64,000 nt of DNA from an uncultured Alphaproteobacteria bacterium (GCA_963841575.1 CAWJDC010000006.1:256835-320834), one strand, 5' to 3'; positions 33,638-45,570 are shown, numbered from the stretch's first letter. Made by a program: numbers and translations. Notes: generated from the sequence alone by a model not told the origin.

Positions 33638-35419
33638 TCATTTGCCGAACGGCTTGATGCTTTCGGCGACGAAGTCGGCGATATGCTCCTTGGTGATGAC
33701 GCCGACGATCTGCGACGGGCGCCGGCGTCCTTCGGCTGTCGTCACCACCGCCATGCCGGCGTCATGGCGCGTCATGCGCTGGACCAGATCGAACACGATG
33801 TCGCTCTTCGCGCGCGAGCGTGAAATTGCGCTGTGCGACGTCGCCGAGGGTGACGCCTGTATAGGCGGCCTCAAGCCCGCGCCGCAGTCCGGTGTTGACG
33901 CGCACGCACGCCGGCGATGTGGTTGCCGCGGTCACCACGACGTGCTTCATGCCGCCGGCGGCGCCGTGTTGGCGCAGGAACGCGTCGAAATCGGCGTCCG
34001 CCGGCACCACCGCGACGTCGCGTTCCATGACTTCGCCGGCGCGGCGCACCAGGAACATGTTGGCGTGCAGCGCCTTCGGCACAATGTGGCCGCGGCCGAC
34101 CAGCTTGACGGTGTAGATATTCTCCAGCGACAGCAGCCGCCGCATGCCGATGGCAAGCGCGACGGCGACGATGATCGGCATCACCAGATCGTAGTCGCGC
34201 GTCATCTCGAAGATCATGGTCACGGCCGTCATGGCGGCGCCGGTGCCGCCGCCGACCATGGCGGCCATGCCGACCATCGCGCAGGTCGTGACGCTGACGC
34301 CCGTCGACCGGATGGATGGCGGTGACCAAAGCGCCGAAAGCGCCGCCGATGGTCGCACCCATGAACAGCGACGGCGAGAAAATGCCGCCCGAGGCGCCGG
34401 AGCCGAGGCTCACCGAGGTGGCGACAAGTCTTGGCGAAGAACAGCAACAACAAGCAGCGCCGGAACAGCAAGATCGCCCGAGAGGATCGCTTGGATGGTC
34501 GAGTAGCCGACGCCTTCGACGTAGTAATGGCCGGCCGTGCGCAACAGCACATACATCAGGACGCCGAACATCAGCATGCCGATGGCGTGGCGGAGATAGG
34601 CGGTTCTCGATGCTCTCGAAAATGTCCTCGGCGAAACTGAGCCCGCGGATGAAGGCGGTCGCGGCAAGGCCGATCAGCGCGCCGAGCAGCGCATAACAGC
34701 AGCAGCGCCGACAGCGAGGCCGGTTGCTCGACGCTGAGCAGCTCGCTCGGGATCGCGAAGGCCGGGTGGATGCCAAAGAAGATGCGGCCGATGAATGTCG
34801 CGGTGCCGGTCGCCAGCGCGACCGGCAGGAACGTGCGGGCGCTCAATTCCGGCAGCATCAGTTCGATGGCGAACATCACGCCGCCGATCGGTGTGTTGAA
34901 GGTCGCGGCGATGCCGGCGCCAGCGCCGGCCGCAACCAGCGTGATGCGTTGCCACGGCGCCATCGGGATGATCTGGCCGAGCGAGGAGCCGATCGCGGCG
35001 CCGATCTGGATGATCGGGCCTTCACGGCCGACCGCGGCGCCGGTGCCGATCGACAGGGCGGATGCGAGCGACTTGATCACCGCGACAACCGGCCGGATGA
35101 TGCCTTCCTTGTAGTAGATGGCGTCCATCACTTCCGGCACGCCGTGGCCGCGCGCTTCCGGTGCGAAATTCTGACCAGGAAGGTGACGATCATGCCCCCG
35201 ACGATGGGAACGAGGATGATAAACGACGCCCCAAGGGCTTGGCGGCGTGAACACGTTGGCATCGTAGTCGGTCGAAAACGTGCCGAGAAAGGCGACGTTG
35301 TGGATGAACCCGATCAGGGCGCGGAAGAGAACGGCGCCGATTCCGGCAACGAGGCCCACCAATACGGCAAGGAGCGATAACCGGGTCAGCCCGATCCGCT
35401 GGGTCAGCTTGAGTTTCAT
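33638..35419 (-). pseudogene. ClC-family voltage-gated chloride channel with C-terminal CBS domains, at least 5 frameshifts
   Basis: GHGVPEVMDAIY; selectivity motifs GTGAAVGREGP and GIAATFNTPIGGVMFAIE; GASGGIFSPSLFMG; CBS tail ...AGMAVVTTAEGRRRPSQIVGVITKEHIADF. Confidence 0.85.
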
Positions 35420-35441
35420 ACCTCGCTAACGCACGGGTCGT

Positions 35442-36095
35442 TCAAAGCTGCCGGATCGAATCGAAATTAAAGGCCGAATCGGTCGGATTTTCGCCGACGC
35501 GGAGCGTCGTGTCGTTGACGAAATGATACGGCGGGACCGGCAGATTGTAGGGCGCCGGAACGCCGCTGAAGACGCGCCCTGCGGGGTCGTATTTCGAGCC
35601 GTGGCAGGGGCAGAAATAACCGCCCGGCCAATCCGGCACCGGCGATGAAGCGTCCGGCGTCGGGTAAAACATCGGGATACAGCCGAGATGGGTGCAAATG
35701 CCGACCAGGATGCCGAATTCCGGCTTGACCGAGCGGTGCCAGTTTTGTGCGTAGGGCGGCTGCTGGAGTTCTTCGGAATTCGGATCGGACAGCCGCGCCG
35801 TCATTTGACTGCTCTGCAGGGATTGCAGCGTTTTCTGCGAGCGATGAAAGACGAAGATCGGCCGCTCACGCCAGCGGATCACGATCTGCGCGCCTTCCTC
35901 GATCTTGCTGACATCGAGATCGACGGGACCGCCGGCCGCGAGGGTCGAAGCATCTGGGTTCATCTGGTCGACAAGCGGCACCAGCGTCGCGGCGGCGCCG
36001 ACGGCGCCGACGACTGCCGTAGCGATGTAGAGAAAATCGCGACGCGAGGGTTCGTCGGGAGAGCCGGTTGCCGACGTCGATGCGCTGCTCGCCAT
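35442..36095 (-). CDS. Rieske [2Fe-2S] protein, ubiquinol-cytochrome c reductase iron-sulfur subunit-like (orphan)
   Basis: Intact 217 aa with Tat motif SRRDFLY and Rieske boxes CTHLGC and CPCHGS. No cytochrome b/c1 gene is adjacent. Confidence 0.85.
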   Translation of the reverse strand: MASSASTSATGSPDEPSRRDFLYIATAVVGAVGAAATLVPLVDQMNPDASTLAAGGPVDLDVSKIEEGAQIVIRWRERPIFVFHRSQKTLQSLQSSQMTARLSDPNSEELQQPPYAQNWHRSVKPEFGILVGICTHLGCIPMFYPTPDASSPVPDWPGGYFCPCHGSKYDPAGRVFSGVPAPYNLPVPPYHFVNDTTLRVGENPTDSAFNFDSIRQL

Positions 36096-36342
36096 ATTCG
36101 TACCTTTTTGGAGTAATCACGCCACTTTTGAGGGCGCCGCCCGGGGTCTTTATGTCGGCACAGGTACCGCTTCGTCAACCGTCACGGTCCCGGTCGCGAT
36201 TAAATTCTGCGGATGCGACGAAAGGTCAGTCGGAGGCGCTGAGGTCGCGACGTCGGTCACTTTGCCAACGCCGCCGCAACCGGGTTCCCGGCCTTCCCCA
36301 ACATGGGCTATTCATACCGTGAGGAAGTGCCAGGAGAACGCG

Positions 36343-38023
36343 ATGCGCGTCAAGGACAACATGCGGACCGCCGCCCAGGTCCTGGTCGATCAGCTGCAGA
36401 TTCACGGCGTGCGTCACGTGTTCTGCGTGCCGGGCGAGAGCTACCTGGCGGTGCTCGACGCTTTCCATGACAGCGATCTCGCCGTCACCGTTTGCCGGCA
36501 GGAGGGCGGCGCCTGCATGATGGCCGAGGCGATCGGCAAAGTGACAGGCCGGCCCGGCGTGTGTTTCGTCACCCGCGGCCCGGGCGCGACCAATGCGTCT
36601 CATGGCATCCACATCGCGCATCAGGATTCGACGCCGCTGGTCATGTTCGTCGGCCAGGTCGCGCGCGACATGCGCGAGCGCGAGGCGTTCCAGGAACTCG
36701 ACTACCGCGCCGTGTTCGGCTCGATGACCAAATGGGCGACGGAAATCGACGATCCGGCGCGGGTGCCGGAGATCGTTTCGCGCGCGTTCCACACCGCGGT
36801 CAACGGCCGGCCGGGACCGGTCGTGATCAGCATTCCCGAGGACATGCTGATCGAGCGTATCGCGGTGCCCGATGCACCGCCGTTCGCGTTGATCGAAACC
36901 TCGCCGGGGCCTGCCGAAATGGCGAAGTTCGCGGAGCTGCTCGGCGCCGCGCGCGCGCCCATCATGCTCGTCGGCGGCAGCCGTTGGTCGCAGGAGGCCT
37001 GCGATGCGCTGGGGCGCTTCGCGCAAAAACATTCACTGCCGGTCTGCACCACGTTCCGCCGCGGCCATTTGTTCGATGCCCTGCACCCTTGCTACGCCGG
37101 CGATGTCGGCATCGGCCCGAACCCAAAGCTCCTGGAACGGGTCAAGTCCGCCGACCTCGTCATTCTGCTTGGCGGGCGCATGGGCGAGATACCGTCGCAG
37201 AGTTACACGCTGTTCGACATTCCGGGCCCGCAGACCAAGCTGGTCCATGTGCATCCCGGCGCGGAAGAGCTCGGCCGCGTTTATAGCCCGCATCTTGCGA
37301 TCCACGCCTCGCCCACGGCCTTTGCGGCTGCGCTCGATCGCCTGGAATTGCCCAAGGCGGTGGCCGGCGATGCCCAAGCCGCTCACGCCGACTATCTGGC
37401 ATGGACCGAAAAGCCGACCGAACAGCCGGGCGACTGTCAACTTGGGCGCCGTCATGGTGTGGCTGCGCGAGAATCTTCCCGCGGATGCCATCGTGTGCAA
37501 CGGCGCGGGCAATTATGCGTCGTGGATTCATCGCTTCTTCCGCTTCCGCCGATTCGGCCAGCATGTCGCGCCGACGTCCGGCTCGATGGGTTTCGGCGTG
37601 CCAGCCGCCGTGGCGATGAAGCGGCTCCATCCCGACAAGACGATCGTGTGCGTAGCGGGCGATGGCGATTTTCTGATGAACGGCCAGGAGTTCGCGACCG
37701 CCGTTCAGTACGATTTGCCCGTTATCGTTGTCATCGCCGACAACGGTCTCTACGGCACCATCCGCATGCACCAGGAGCGCGAATATCCCGGCCGCATCTC
37801 GGCGACCGAGCTGCGCAATCCGGATTTTCCTGCTTACGCCCGCGCTTTCGGCGGCTTCGGCGCGTCTGTCGAGCGCACCGAGGATTTCCCCGCGGCGTTC
37901 AAGGCGGCGCAGGCGAGCGGCAAGCCGGCGATCATCCGCCTCGCCATTGATCCGGAGGCGATCACGCCGGTCATGACGCTTGCTAAGATTCGCGCCAAAT
38001 CCCTCGCGGAGAAAAATCGCTGA
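36343..38023 (+). pseudogene. Thiamine pyrophosphate-binding enzyme (acetolactate synthase large-subunit-like), one frameshift near 37430
   Basis: RBS aggaga. AAQVLVDQLQIHGVRHVFCVPGESYLAVLDA...FVTRGPGATNASHGIHIAHQDSTPLVMFVGQV. TPP motif GSMGFGVPAAVA...AGDGDFLMNGQEFATA. Confidence 0.85.
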
Positions 38024-38118
38024 TCGGCTGTTGCGCCACCGTTCTTGGCCGAAATGCGGCAATGGAACCAAACCCGCCGCCATGGATTGTGTGAACGACA
38101 AATGGAGATCACCCCGCT

Positions 38119-38355
38119 ATGAAAACGATTCTCGGCGTTGCGGCTTTGACGTTGGCTTTCGCGCTCACGACCATTCCGGCTGATGCCAAAGGCTGCATAA
38201 AAGGAGCCGTCGTCGGCGGCGTAGCCGGCCACGTTGCCCACCACCACGGCCTGTTGGGAGCGGCAGTGGGTTGCGCGATCGGCCATCACGAAGCGAAGAA
38301 GCACGCGAGAGAGAACGCCGAGAAGACAGACGCTCAGCCCGGCCAGTCGCAATAA
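38119..38355 (+). CDS. Small secreted glycine-zipper / His-rich protein
   Basis: RBS ggaga and signal peptide MKTILGVAALTLAFALTTIPADA. Body: KGCIKGAVVGGVAGHVAHHHGLLGAAVGCAIGHHEAKKH. A strong hairpin follows. Confidence 0.6.
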   Translation: MKTILGVAALTLAFALTTIPADAKGCIKGAVVGGVAGHVAHHHGLLGAAVGCAIGHHEAKKHARENAEKTDAQPGQSQ

Positions 38356-38362
38356 TCAAACC

Positions 38363-38398
38363 TTCCATTCCGGTCCAAACGCGTGGACCGGAATGGAA
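38363..38398. terminator. 14-bp hairpin between convergent genes (candidate bidirectional terminator)
   Basis: ttccattccggtcc-aaacgcgt-ggaccggaatggaa. Confidence 0.5.
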
Positions 38399-38401
38399 TG
38401 A

Positions 38402-39394
38402 CTATTCGGCTTTGATGCCGGCGGCCCTGATAATCGGCCACCACTTTTCAATTTCGGCCTTTTGAAAAGCGTGCAGCGCTTCGGGCGTTTGCTGATCGCG
38501 CGGGTAGATCACCTGGGCAAGATCGGTGAGCTTCTTTCGCGTGTCAGGATCGGCCAGCGCGGCGACGACGGCGGCGTTGAGCTTGGCGATGACGTCTTTC
38601 GGCGTACCCTTTGGCGCCCACATGGCGTGCCAGAACGAGAAATAGAAACCAGGCAATCCGGCTTCGTCGGTGGTCGGGATATCCGGCGCGACCGCGATGC
38701 GTTCTTTGGCGGTGACCGCATAGGCCTTGAGGTCGCCGGACTTCACGTGGGGTAGCGATACCGCCGGCGTGTCGAGTTGGAGATCAGTGAAGCCCGCAAG
38801 CAAATCCTGCGTCGCCAGGCCGGCGCTGCGGTATGACACCATCTGCCATTTCACACCGACTAGGTTTTCCATCAGCACGCCGGCGACATGGCTCGGGCTG
38901 CCGACACCGGACGTGCCCATCGTTGCCTTGTCGGCGTTGGCCTTAAGCCACGCCACCAATTCCTTGAGGTTGTTCGCCGGCATGGTTTTACGGGCATCGA
39001 TCAGGAATGGCTGCGTTACGGCCAGCGCGATTGGCTCGAAATCCTTGAGGAAATCGAAGCCGAGCGAATAGATGGCGCCATCCGCGACGTTGGTTCCCCA
39101 CATGCCCCAAAGGACCGTATAGCCGTCGGGCGCTGCGCGCTCGGCGCGGGTCACGCCGATGGTGCCGGCCGCGCCCGATGTATTCTCGACAATCACCGGC
39201 TGGCCGAGTGTTTTGCGCATGGCCTGGGCCATGATCCGTCCAAGCGTATCGGTCGATCCGCCAGGGGCGAGCGGCACGATCATGGTGATTGGATGCGACG
39301 GATAATTTTCCGCGCCGGCAGGGGCCGCGGCGCCAAATGTCAGAGCAAGGCACAGGCTCACGGCGACGGCCGCTGCGCTTGTTTTACCGATCAT
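38402..39394 (-). CDS. Tripartite tricarboxylate transporter substrate-binding protein (Bug/TctC family)
   Basis: Intact. RBS ggagg and signal peptide MIGKTSAAAVAVSLCLALTFGAAAPAGA. Body: YPSHPITMIVPLAPGGSTDTLGRIM...VIVENTSGAAGTIG. Confidence 0.9.
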   Translation of the reverse strand: MIGKTSAAAVAVSLCLALTFGAAAPAGAENYPSHPITMIVPLAPGGSTDTLGRIMAQAMRKTLGQPVIVENTSGAAGTIGVTRAERAAPDGYTVLWGMWGTNVADGAIYSLGFDFLKDFEPIALAVTQPFLIDARKTMPANNLKELVAWLKANADKATMGTSGVGSPSHVAGVLMENLVGVKWQMVSYRSAGLATQDLLAGFTDLQLDTPAVSLPHVKSGDLKAYAVTAKERIAVAPDIPTTDEAGLPGFYFSFWHAMWAPKGTPKDVIAKLNAAVVAALADPDTRKKLTDLAQVIYPRDQQTPEALHAFQKAEIEKWWPIIRAAGIKAE

Positions 39395-39558
39395 GTTTTC
39401 CTCCCCCGAGCGGATTGTTGACGCTCGATATGCCAGAGGAAGAGGCGCACCCAAAGGGCAAAACGGTCGCTGCGACCGGATAACCGACGTTGCCGCACCA
39501 GTTGAATCGTGGTTCAGCTATTCCAAGCGCCGTCGCGATTCCCTTTTATAAAGCGCCA

Positions 39559-40199
39559 ATGCCTTATCGCCGCACAGAGAATGTCGCCCGTCGGCTTGCA
39601 GCCCGGCATGCCGCGATCGTCACCGCGGCGCGCGAGGCCGCCAGCGAGGGCGGCATGGCGGCGGTCCAGATCGCGCCGGTGTGCAGACCGCGCCGGCATC
39701 GCAGCGGGCACGGTCTATCGCTATTTTCCTGGCAAGACCGATCTGGTTGCGGCGCTGCTCGAAGAGATTGCCGCGCGCGAAATCGGTGCGCTGCGCGGCG
39801 CCGCCGATGTCGCGCCCGGCCCGCTTTCGGCACTTGCTGCGGCGGTGATGACCTTTGCGGCGCGCGCGTTGCGCAATCGCCGTCTTGTCTTCGCGGCGAT
39901 CGCGGAGCCGGTCGATGCAGAACTCGATGCCGCGCGGCTAAGCTTTCGCACAGCGTTGGCGGCCGAATTTGCCTCGCGCATCGCGGCGGCTATGTCCGGA
40001 AGACATTTACCCCAACAGGATGCAGCGCTCGCCGCTGCGGCAATGGTCGGCCTTCTTGTGGAGGGGTTGATCGGTCCGCATCGCGCCCGATGCGGCAGGC
40101 CGCGAGCGCGAGGTCGTGCAGTCGCTGGCACTTGTCGCCCTGCGCGCGCTCGGTGTCGCGGATCCGCGCGCCCGCGGCTTGGTTGTGCAGACGGCGTGA
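39559..40199 (+). pseudogene. TetR/AcrR family transcriptional regulator, about 2 frameshifts
   Basis: MPYRRTENVARRLAARHAAIVTAAREAASEGGMAAVQIAPV, then HTH piece ADRAGIAAGTVYRYFPGKTDLVAALLEEIAAREI. The end ...ALGVADPRARGLVVQTA* lies in a third frame. Confidence 0.75.
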
Positions 40200-40235
40200 T
40201 CAGTGATCGAGTGAACCTCCGATCACCGATTCCTG

Positions 40236-41068
40236 TCAGTGCGACATCAACATCGGGAGCGTCATCGAGCCCAGGATGCTGTGACTCACGCCGCCGAAGA
40301 TGAACTCGCGCAGCCGGGAATGGCCGTAGCCGCCCATGACGATGAAATCGGCGCCGGAGTCGGCGGCGTGCGAGAGCAGCGCGTCGGCGACATCGATGTT
40401 GCCGCCCGTAATGCGCTCGACCGCCACATTGAGCCCGTGCCGGGCAAGGTGCTGGGCCATGTCGGCGCCGGCGATTTCTTCGTGCCTGTCGGGCTCGCTG
40501 GCGATGATGACGACTTCGACTTTTCCCGCTCGCTCCAGGAGCGGCATGGCGTCGGCGACGGCGCGCGCCGCCTGCCGGCTGCCGTCCCAGCACACCATGA
40601 CGCGATCGAGCTTCGAGCGGCGCCTTTTGGATATAAGGCACGATGATGACCGGACGACCGGACTCCAACAACGCGCTCTCGGCAATCATTTCTTCGACCG
40701 CGCTGATATGAGGCTGAGCTTGCCCGACGACGGCAAGGTCGAAGCGCCGCGCGATGCGGCCGAACTGATCGCCGGCGCCGGCGAGACTGGCGTTGAGCGT
40801 CAGCGTCTCCGCCGATAGTCCCGCGCGCGTGGCCGCGGCATTGAACCGGTCGATCGCTGCTTGCGCGGCGGTTTGACTGTCGGCCTGCTGCGTCTCGATC
40901 ACCTCGGCGGGAATGTAGCCGGTGCCCGAAACCGGGACGATCGGATCGTAGACAAACGCGATGCCGGCCACGTGCGCCTTCAGCGTGCTCGCGAGCGAGA
41001 CCGCAAAGTCCCCGGCCGGGCCGCCGCCGGTCGCCGACGCTCAGATTGACGACGATGTCCTTGATCAT
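40236..41068 (-). pseudogene. Universal stress protein, tandem UspA domains, about 2 frameshifts
   Basis: RBS aggaga. MIKDIVVNLSVG...; IAFVYDPIVPVSG...; C-terminal domain RVMVCWDGSRQAARAVADAMPLLERAGKVEVVII...ADFIVMGGYGHSRLREFIFGGVSHSIL. Confidence 0.8.
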
Positions 41069-41118
41069 TGGGCGTCTCCTCGCGCCGGGCCGACACTGCC
41101 TCCGTGCTTCGATCACGC

Positions 41119-41522
41119 CTATTTCTTGATGTTGCCGTCGGCGTCGAACTGGCTGACATAAGCCCAGAGATTGTTGATCTCGTCGTCGTTCTTGATGCCG
41201 GCAAAGATCATCTTGGTGCCGGGGATCATGGCTTTGGGGTCCTTGATGTACTCCTTGAAGTTCGCCTCGTCCCAGACGATGCCGGAATTCTTGTTGGCGT
41301 CGGAATAGCTGAAATTCGGCGGCGGTGCCGGAATGCCGGCCATCGAGGCCGTTAAGCTCGGGGCCGATCTTGTTCTGCGCGTCTTCGCCGATCGAATGGC
41401 ATGGCAGGCATTTCCTGAAACGAGGCCTCGCCCTTCGCCACGTCCCCCTTCGCCGCGTCCTGGGCCAACGCTGTGCTCCCCGATGCGGCAATCAACGCGG
41501 CCGCCATGATCACCGTCCTCAT
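41119..41522 (-). pseudogene. Class I c-type cytochrome (c2/c550-like), one frameshift
   Basis: RBS gggaga and signal peptide [20 protein letters not shown]. Heme motif [25 protein letters not shown]-terminus [35 protein letters not shown]. Confidence 0.8.
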
Positions 41523-41722
41523 CTTCTTGTCTCCCTTTCGCTTTTGGCCTAGTCGCGCCGGTTCGGCGGCAACCTCGCGCGCCGCCGTTCAAGCGGCCCC
41601 GGCGCGGTGAGTCAACGCCCAATAATGGTCGGGCGTCTTGCGATCGGCAAGCGCGCCACGAGTTCAGGCGCACGGCCCGCCTTTTCCCGCTATAATGACC
41701 GACGAGTGACGGAGACAGTCCG

Positions 41723-43217
41723 ATGCCTGTTGCGATGCCTTTATCCGACGATGCAGTGCTCGCCCGGCGGGCCGAGATCGTGGCGGCGCTCAAGCGCATC
41801 GTGCCGGGCGAGGGCGTCATCGCCTCCGAACAGGCGATGCGGCCGTTCGAAAGCGACGGGCTCACCGCCTATCGCCAGCTTCCCATGGTGGTGGTGCTGC
41901 CGGAAACCACCGAACAGGTCGCCGCCGTGCTCGGCTATTGCCACCGCGAAGGCATCAAGGTCGTGCCGCGCGGGGCCGGGACGTCGCTCTCGGGCGGCGC
42001 GCTGCCGCTCGGCGACGGCGTTCTCCTCGGCATGGCCAAGTTCAACCGCGTCCGTGAGATCGATTTCGACAATCGCGTCGCGGTGGTCGAGCCCGGCGTT
42101 ACCAATCTCGCGGTGTCGCAGGCGGTCGAGCAGGCCGGTTTCTATTACGCGCCCGATCCGTCATCGCAGATCGCCTGCACCATCGGCGGCAACGTCGCGG
42201 AGAATTCCGGCGGCGTGCATTGCCTCAAATACGGCGTCACCACCAACAACGTGCTCGGCTGCGAACTGGTGCTGATGACGGGCGAAATCTTGCGGCTCGG
42301 CGGCCGGCATCTCGATTCCGGCGGCTATGATCTGATCGGCGTCGTCACCGGCTCCGAGGGACTGCTCGGCGTCGTCACCGAAGTCACGGTGCGTATCTTG
42401 AAGAAGCCGCAGAGCGCGCGCGCCGCGCTGATCGGCTTCAACAAATCGGAGGATGGTGGCGCGTGCGTCGCGCGGATCATCGGCGACGGGCATCATTCCG
42501 GGCGGCATGGAGATGATGGACCGGCCGGCCATTCATGCCGCCGAGGAATTCGTCCATGCCGGCTATCCGCTCGATGTCGAGGCGCTGCTGATCGTCGAAC
42601 TCGACGGCCCGCGCGACGAGGTCGATCACCTGCTCGAGCGCGTCGAGACGATCGCCCGGCAATGCCGCGCGGTGACTGTCCGCGTCTCCAATTCCGAGGA
42701 GGAGCGGTTGTTGTTCTGGGCCGGCCGCAAGGCGGCGTTCCCCGCGGTCGGCCGCATCTCGCCCGACTACTACTGCATGGACGGCACCATCCCGCGCGCA
42801 AAATTGCCGCTGGTGTTGCGGCGCATGCAGGAATTTTCGGAAAAATACGGCCTGCGTGTCGCCAATGTCTTTCATGCCGGCGACGGCAATCTGCATCCGC
42901 TGATCCTTTACGACGCCAACAAGCCCGGCGAGCTCGAACGGGCCGAAGAATTCGGCGCCGATATCCTGCGGCTGTGCGTCGAGGTCGGCGGCGTGCTCAC
43001 CGGCGAGCATGGCGTCGGCGTCGAGAAGCGCGATCTGATGCCGGTGATGTTTTCCGAGACCGATCTCAACCAGCAGCAGCGCGTCAAATGCGCCTTCGAC
43101 GAAAAGGGCCTGCTCAATCCCGGCAAGGTTTTCCCGACATTGCATCGCTGCGCCGAGCTCGGCCGCATGCACGTCCATGCCGGCCGCGTGGCATTTCCGG
43201 ATTTGCCGCGGTTTTAA
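41723..43217 (+). pseudogene. glcD: Glycolate oxidase subunit GlcD (FAD-linked oxidase), one frameshift near 42480
   Basis: VVLPETTEQVAAVLGYCHREGIKVVPRGAGTSLSGGALP...IGGNVAENSGGVHCLKYGVT...GEHGVGVEKRDLM. glcE and glcF lie downstream. Confidence 0.9.
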
Positions 43218-43281
43218 GCTTGCTGGTGCAAGACAAGCAGCAAGCCCTGTCGCGGCTCCTTGAAGCGTCCAAAGAGGCATC

Positions 43282-44324
43282 ATGAAATTCGGTCTCTTCA
43301 CCTCGGCTCAGGCCAACAGCCAGGCTCTCGGCCGGAAACCGGCCAGGGTTTCCGCGATTATCTCGCCTTCAACGTCGAGGCCGAGGCGCTCGGCTTTCAA
43401 TCGAGCTTTCTGGTCGAGCATCATTTCACCGGCTGGAACCAGGTGTCCGCGACATTGATGCTGCTGATGGCATCGCCATGCGCACCACGTCGCTGCGGCT
43501 CGGCTCGGCGGTGATGGTGCTGCCTTGGCACAATCCGGTGCTGCTCGCCGAACAGGCGGCGACGCTCGATCTGATCTCCGGCGGCCGCTTCGATTTCGGC
43601 ATCGGCAAGGGCTACCGGCACAGCGAGTTCAAGGGTTTCCAGATCGCGCCGGAAGAGGCCGAGGCGCGTTTCGAGGAGGCGATCGAGGTGATGAGCGCGC
43701 CTGGTCGACACGTGAGCGCTTTTCGCACCACGGCCGCTTCTGGCATTTCGAGGATATCGTCGTCGAGCCGCCGCCGGCGCAAATGCCGCATCCGCCGTTC
43801 TGGGTGGCGGCCGGCAGCGAACAGTCGATCCGCCGCGCCGCGGCGCGGGGCTTCAATCTGATCCTCGATCAATACGCCAGCCCGCAGCAGATCGCGCAGC
43901 GCATCGACCTCTACAAGGCCGAGCGAAAACGGCACGGCCTAGGCTTTGATCCGATGCAGGTCGCGGTGGCGCGGCAGCTTTATGTCGCCAAGGACGAAGC
44001 CGACAAGCAGGCCGCGCTGGCGCGCCAGGCCGCCTACACGCAGCGCACCGTCGACGTCTCGCGCACACCCGGCGATAGCGGTGGGACACCGGCCGGTTCG
44101 CATGTTCTCGCCTATGCCGACAAGACCGGCGGCACCGAGGAGAATGCGCTGTTCGGCACGCCGGACGAAATCTGCGCCATGCTCGAAGCCTTGCGGGAGG
44201 CCGGCGCGGCTTATGTTCTTCTCACCATCGACTGGCGGCGTTCCGCAGTTGCGCCGCTTTGCCCGCGAGATCATGCCGGCGTTCACACGTTCTTCGGTCG
44301 CCGGCCGCCGATGCCGCGGAATAA
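43282..44324 (+). pseudogene. LLM-class (luciferase-like) flavin-dependent oxidoreductase, about 4 frameshifts
   Basis: RBS aaagagg. MKFGLFTSAQ...; FNVEAEALGFQSSFLVEHHFTGWNQVS; LRLGSAVMVLPWHNPVLLAEQAATLDLISGGRFDFGIGKGYR; PPFWVAAGSEQSIRRAAARGFNLILDQY; FGTPDEICAMLEALREAGAAYVLL. The 3' end is approximate. Confidence 0.75.
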
Positions 44325-44334
44325 TGGTGCCGCG

Positions 44335-45568
44335 ATGGCTGACACCCTCAACCCGCGCGATGCCGCAGGAGGTCGAGCAGGCGATCCAATGGGCGCTTGC
44401 CGACGGCAAGACACTCGAAGTGGTCGGCCACGGCACCAAGCGCGCCATCGGCCGCGCCGCGCAATGGGACGCGACGCTCGATCTCTCGGCGCTGTCCGGC
44501 GTCACGCTCTACGAGCCGGAGGAACTGGTGCTTTCGGCCAAGGCCGGCACGCCGCTCGCCGAGATCGAAGCGCTGGTGGCGGCAAGCAGACAGGAGCTCG
44601 CCTTCGAGCCGATGGATTACGGGCCGCTGCTCGGCACGGCGACCGGCGCCGGCACCATCGGCGGCGTGATGGCAGCCAACCTTTCCGGTCCGCGGCGCAT
44701 CAAGGCCGGCGCCGCGCGCGACCATTTCCTCGGCGTGTCACGCCGTGTCCGGCCGCGGCGAGACGTTCAAGTCCGGCGGCCGCGTGGTCAAGAACGTCAC
44801 CGGCTATGATCTCTGCAAGCTGATCGCCGGCTCGTGGGGCACGCTCGCGGCGATGACCGACGTGACCATCAAGACGCTGCCGCGGGCCGAAACCGAGGCG
44901 ACCGTTTTGGTCCTGAACCTCGACGACGTGACGGCGCGCAAAGTGATGGCGGCGGCAATGGGCTCGTTCGCCGACGTGTCGGCGGCGGCGCATCTGCCGG
45001 CCGCCGTCGCGTCGCGGATCGCCGAGACCGCTGCGGCGCGAGGCGCCGTCACGGCGTTCCGCCTCGAGGGCGTCGCGCCCTCGGTCGCGCAGCGCAAGAG
45101 CGTGCTGGAAAAGCTCTTGTCGCCATTCGGCACGCTTGGGCGCTTTGAGCGAACAGGCGTCGCGCACGCTTGTGGCGGGCGGTTCGCGACGTGACGCCTT
45201 TCGCGGCCAGCGGCCCCGTCGGCCGACGCGACCTGTGGCGCATTTCGACGGCGCCGACGCACGGCGCCGAAGTCGGCCGCGGCACTTGTCGCAAAGGCGG
45301 ACGCCGAAGTCCTTTACGACTGGGCCGGCGGGCTGGTCTGGGCGGCATTGCCGGCCGAGCGACGACGCCAGCGCGGCGCTGGTGCGCGCCACCGTCGCAG
45401 CGGCCGGCGGCCATGCGACGTTGATCCGCGCGCCCGCCGCCGTGCGCGCCGCGGTCGAGGTGTTCGACGCCGGAGCCGCCGGCGCTTGCGGCATTGACGC
45501 AGCGCGTGCGGAAGAGCTTCGATCCGCAAGGCGTGCTCAATGCCGGGCGCATGTGGGCGGGCGTGTAG
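44335..45568 (+). pseudogene. glcE: Glycolate oxidase FAD-binding subunit GlcE, about 4 frameshifts
   Basis: MADTLNPRDAA...EVEQAIQWALADGKTLEVVGHGTKRAIG...; ETFKSGGRVVKNVTGYDLCKLIAGSWGTLAAMTDVTIK; the end [17 protein letters not shown] with TAG at 45566-45568. Confidence 0.85.
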
Positions 45569-45570
45569 CG

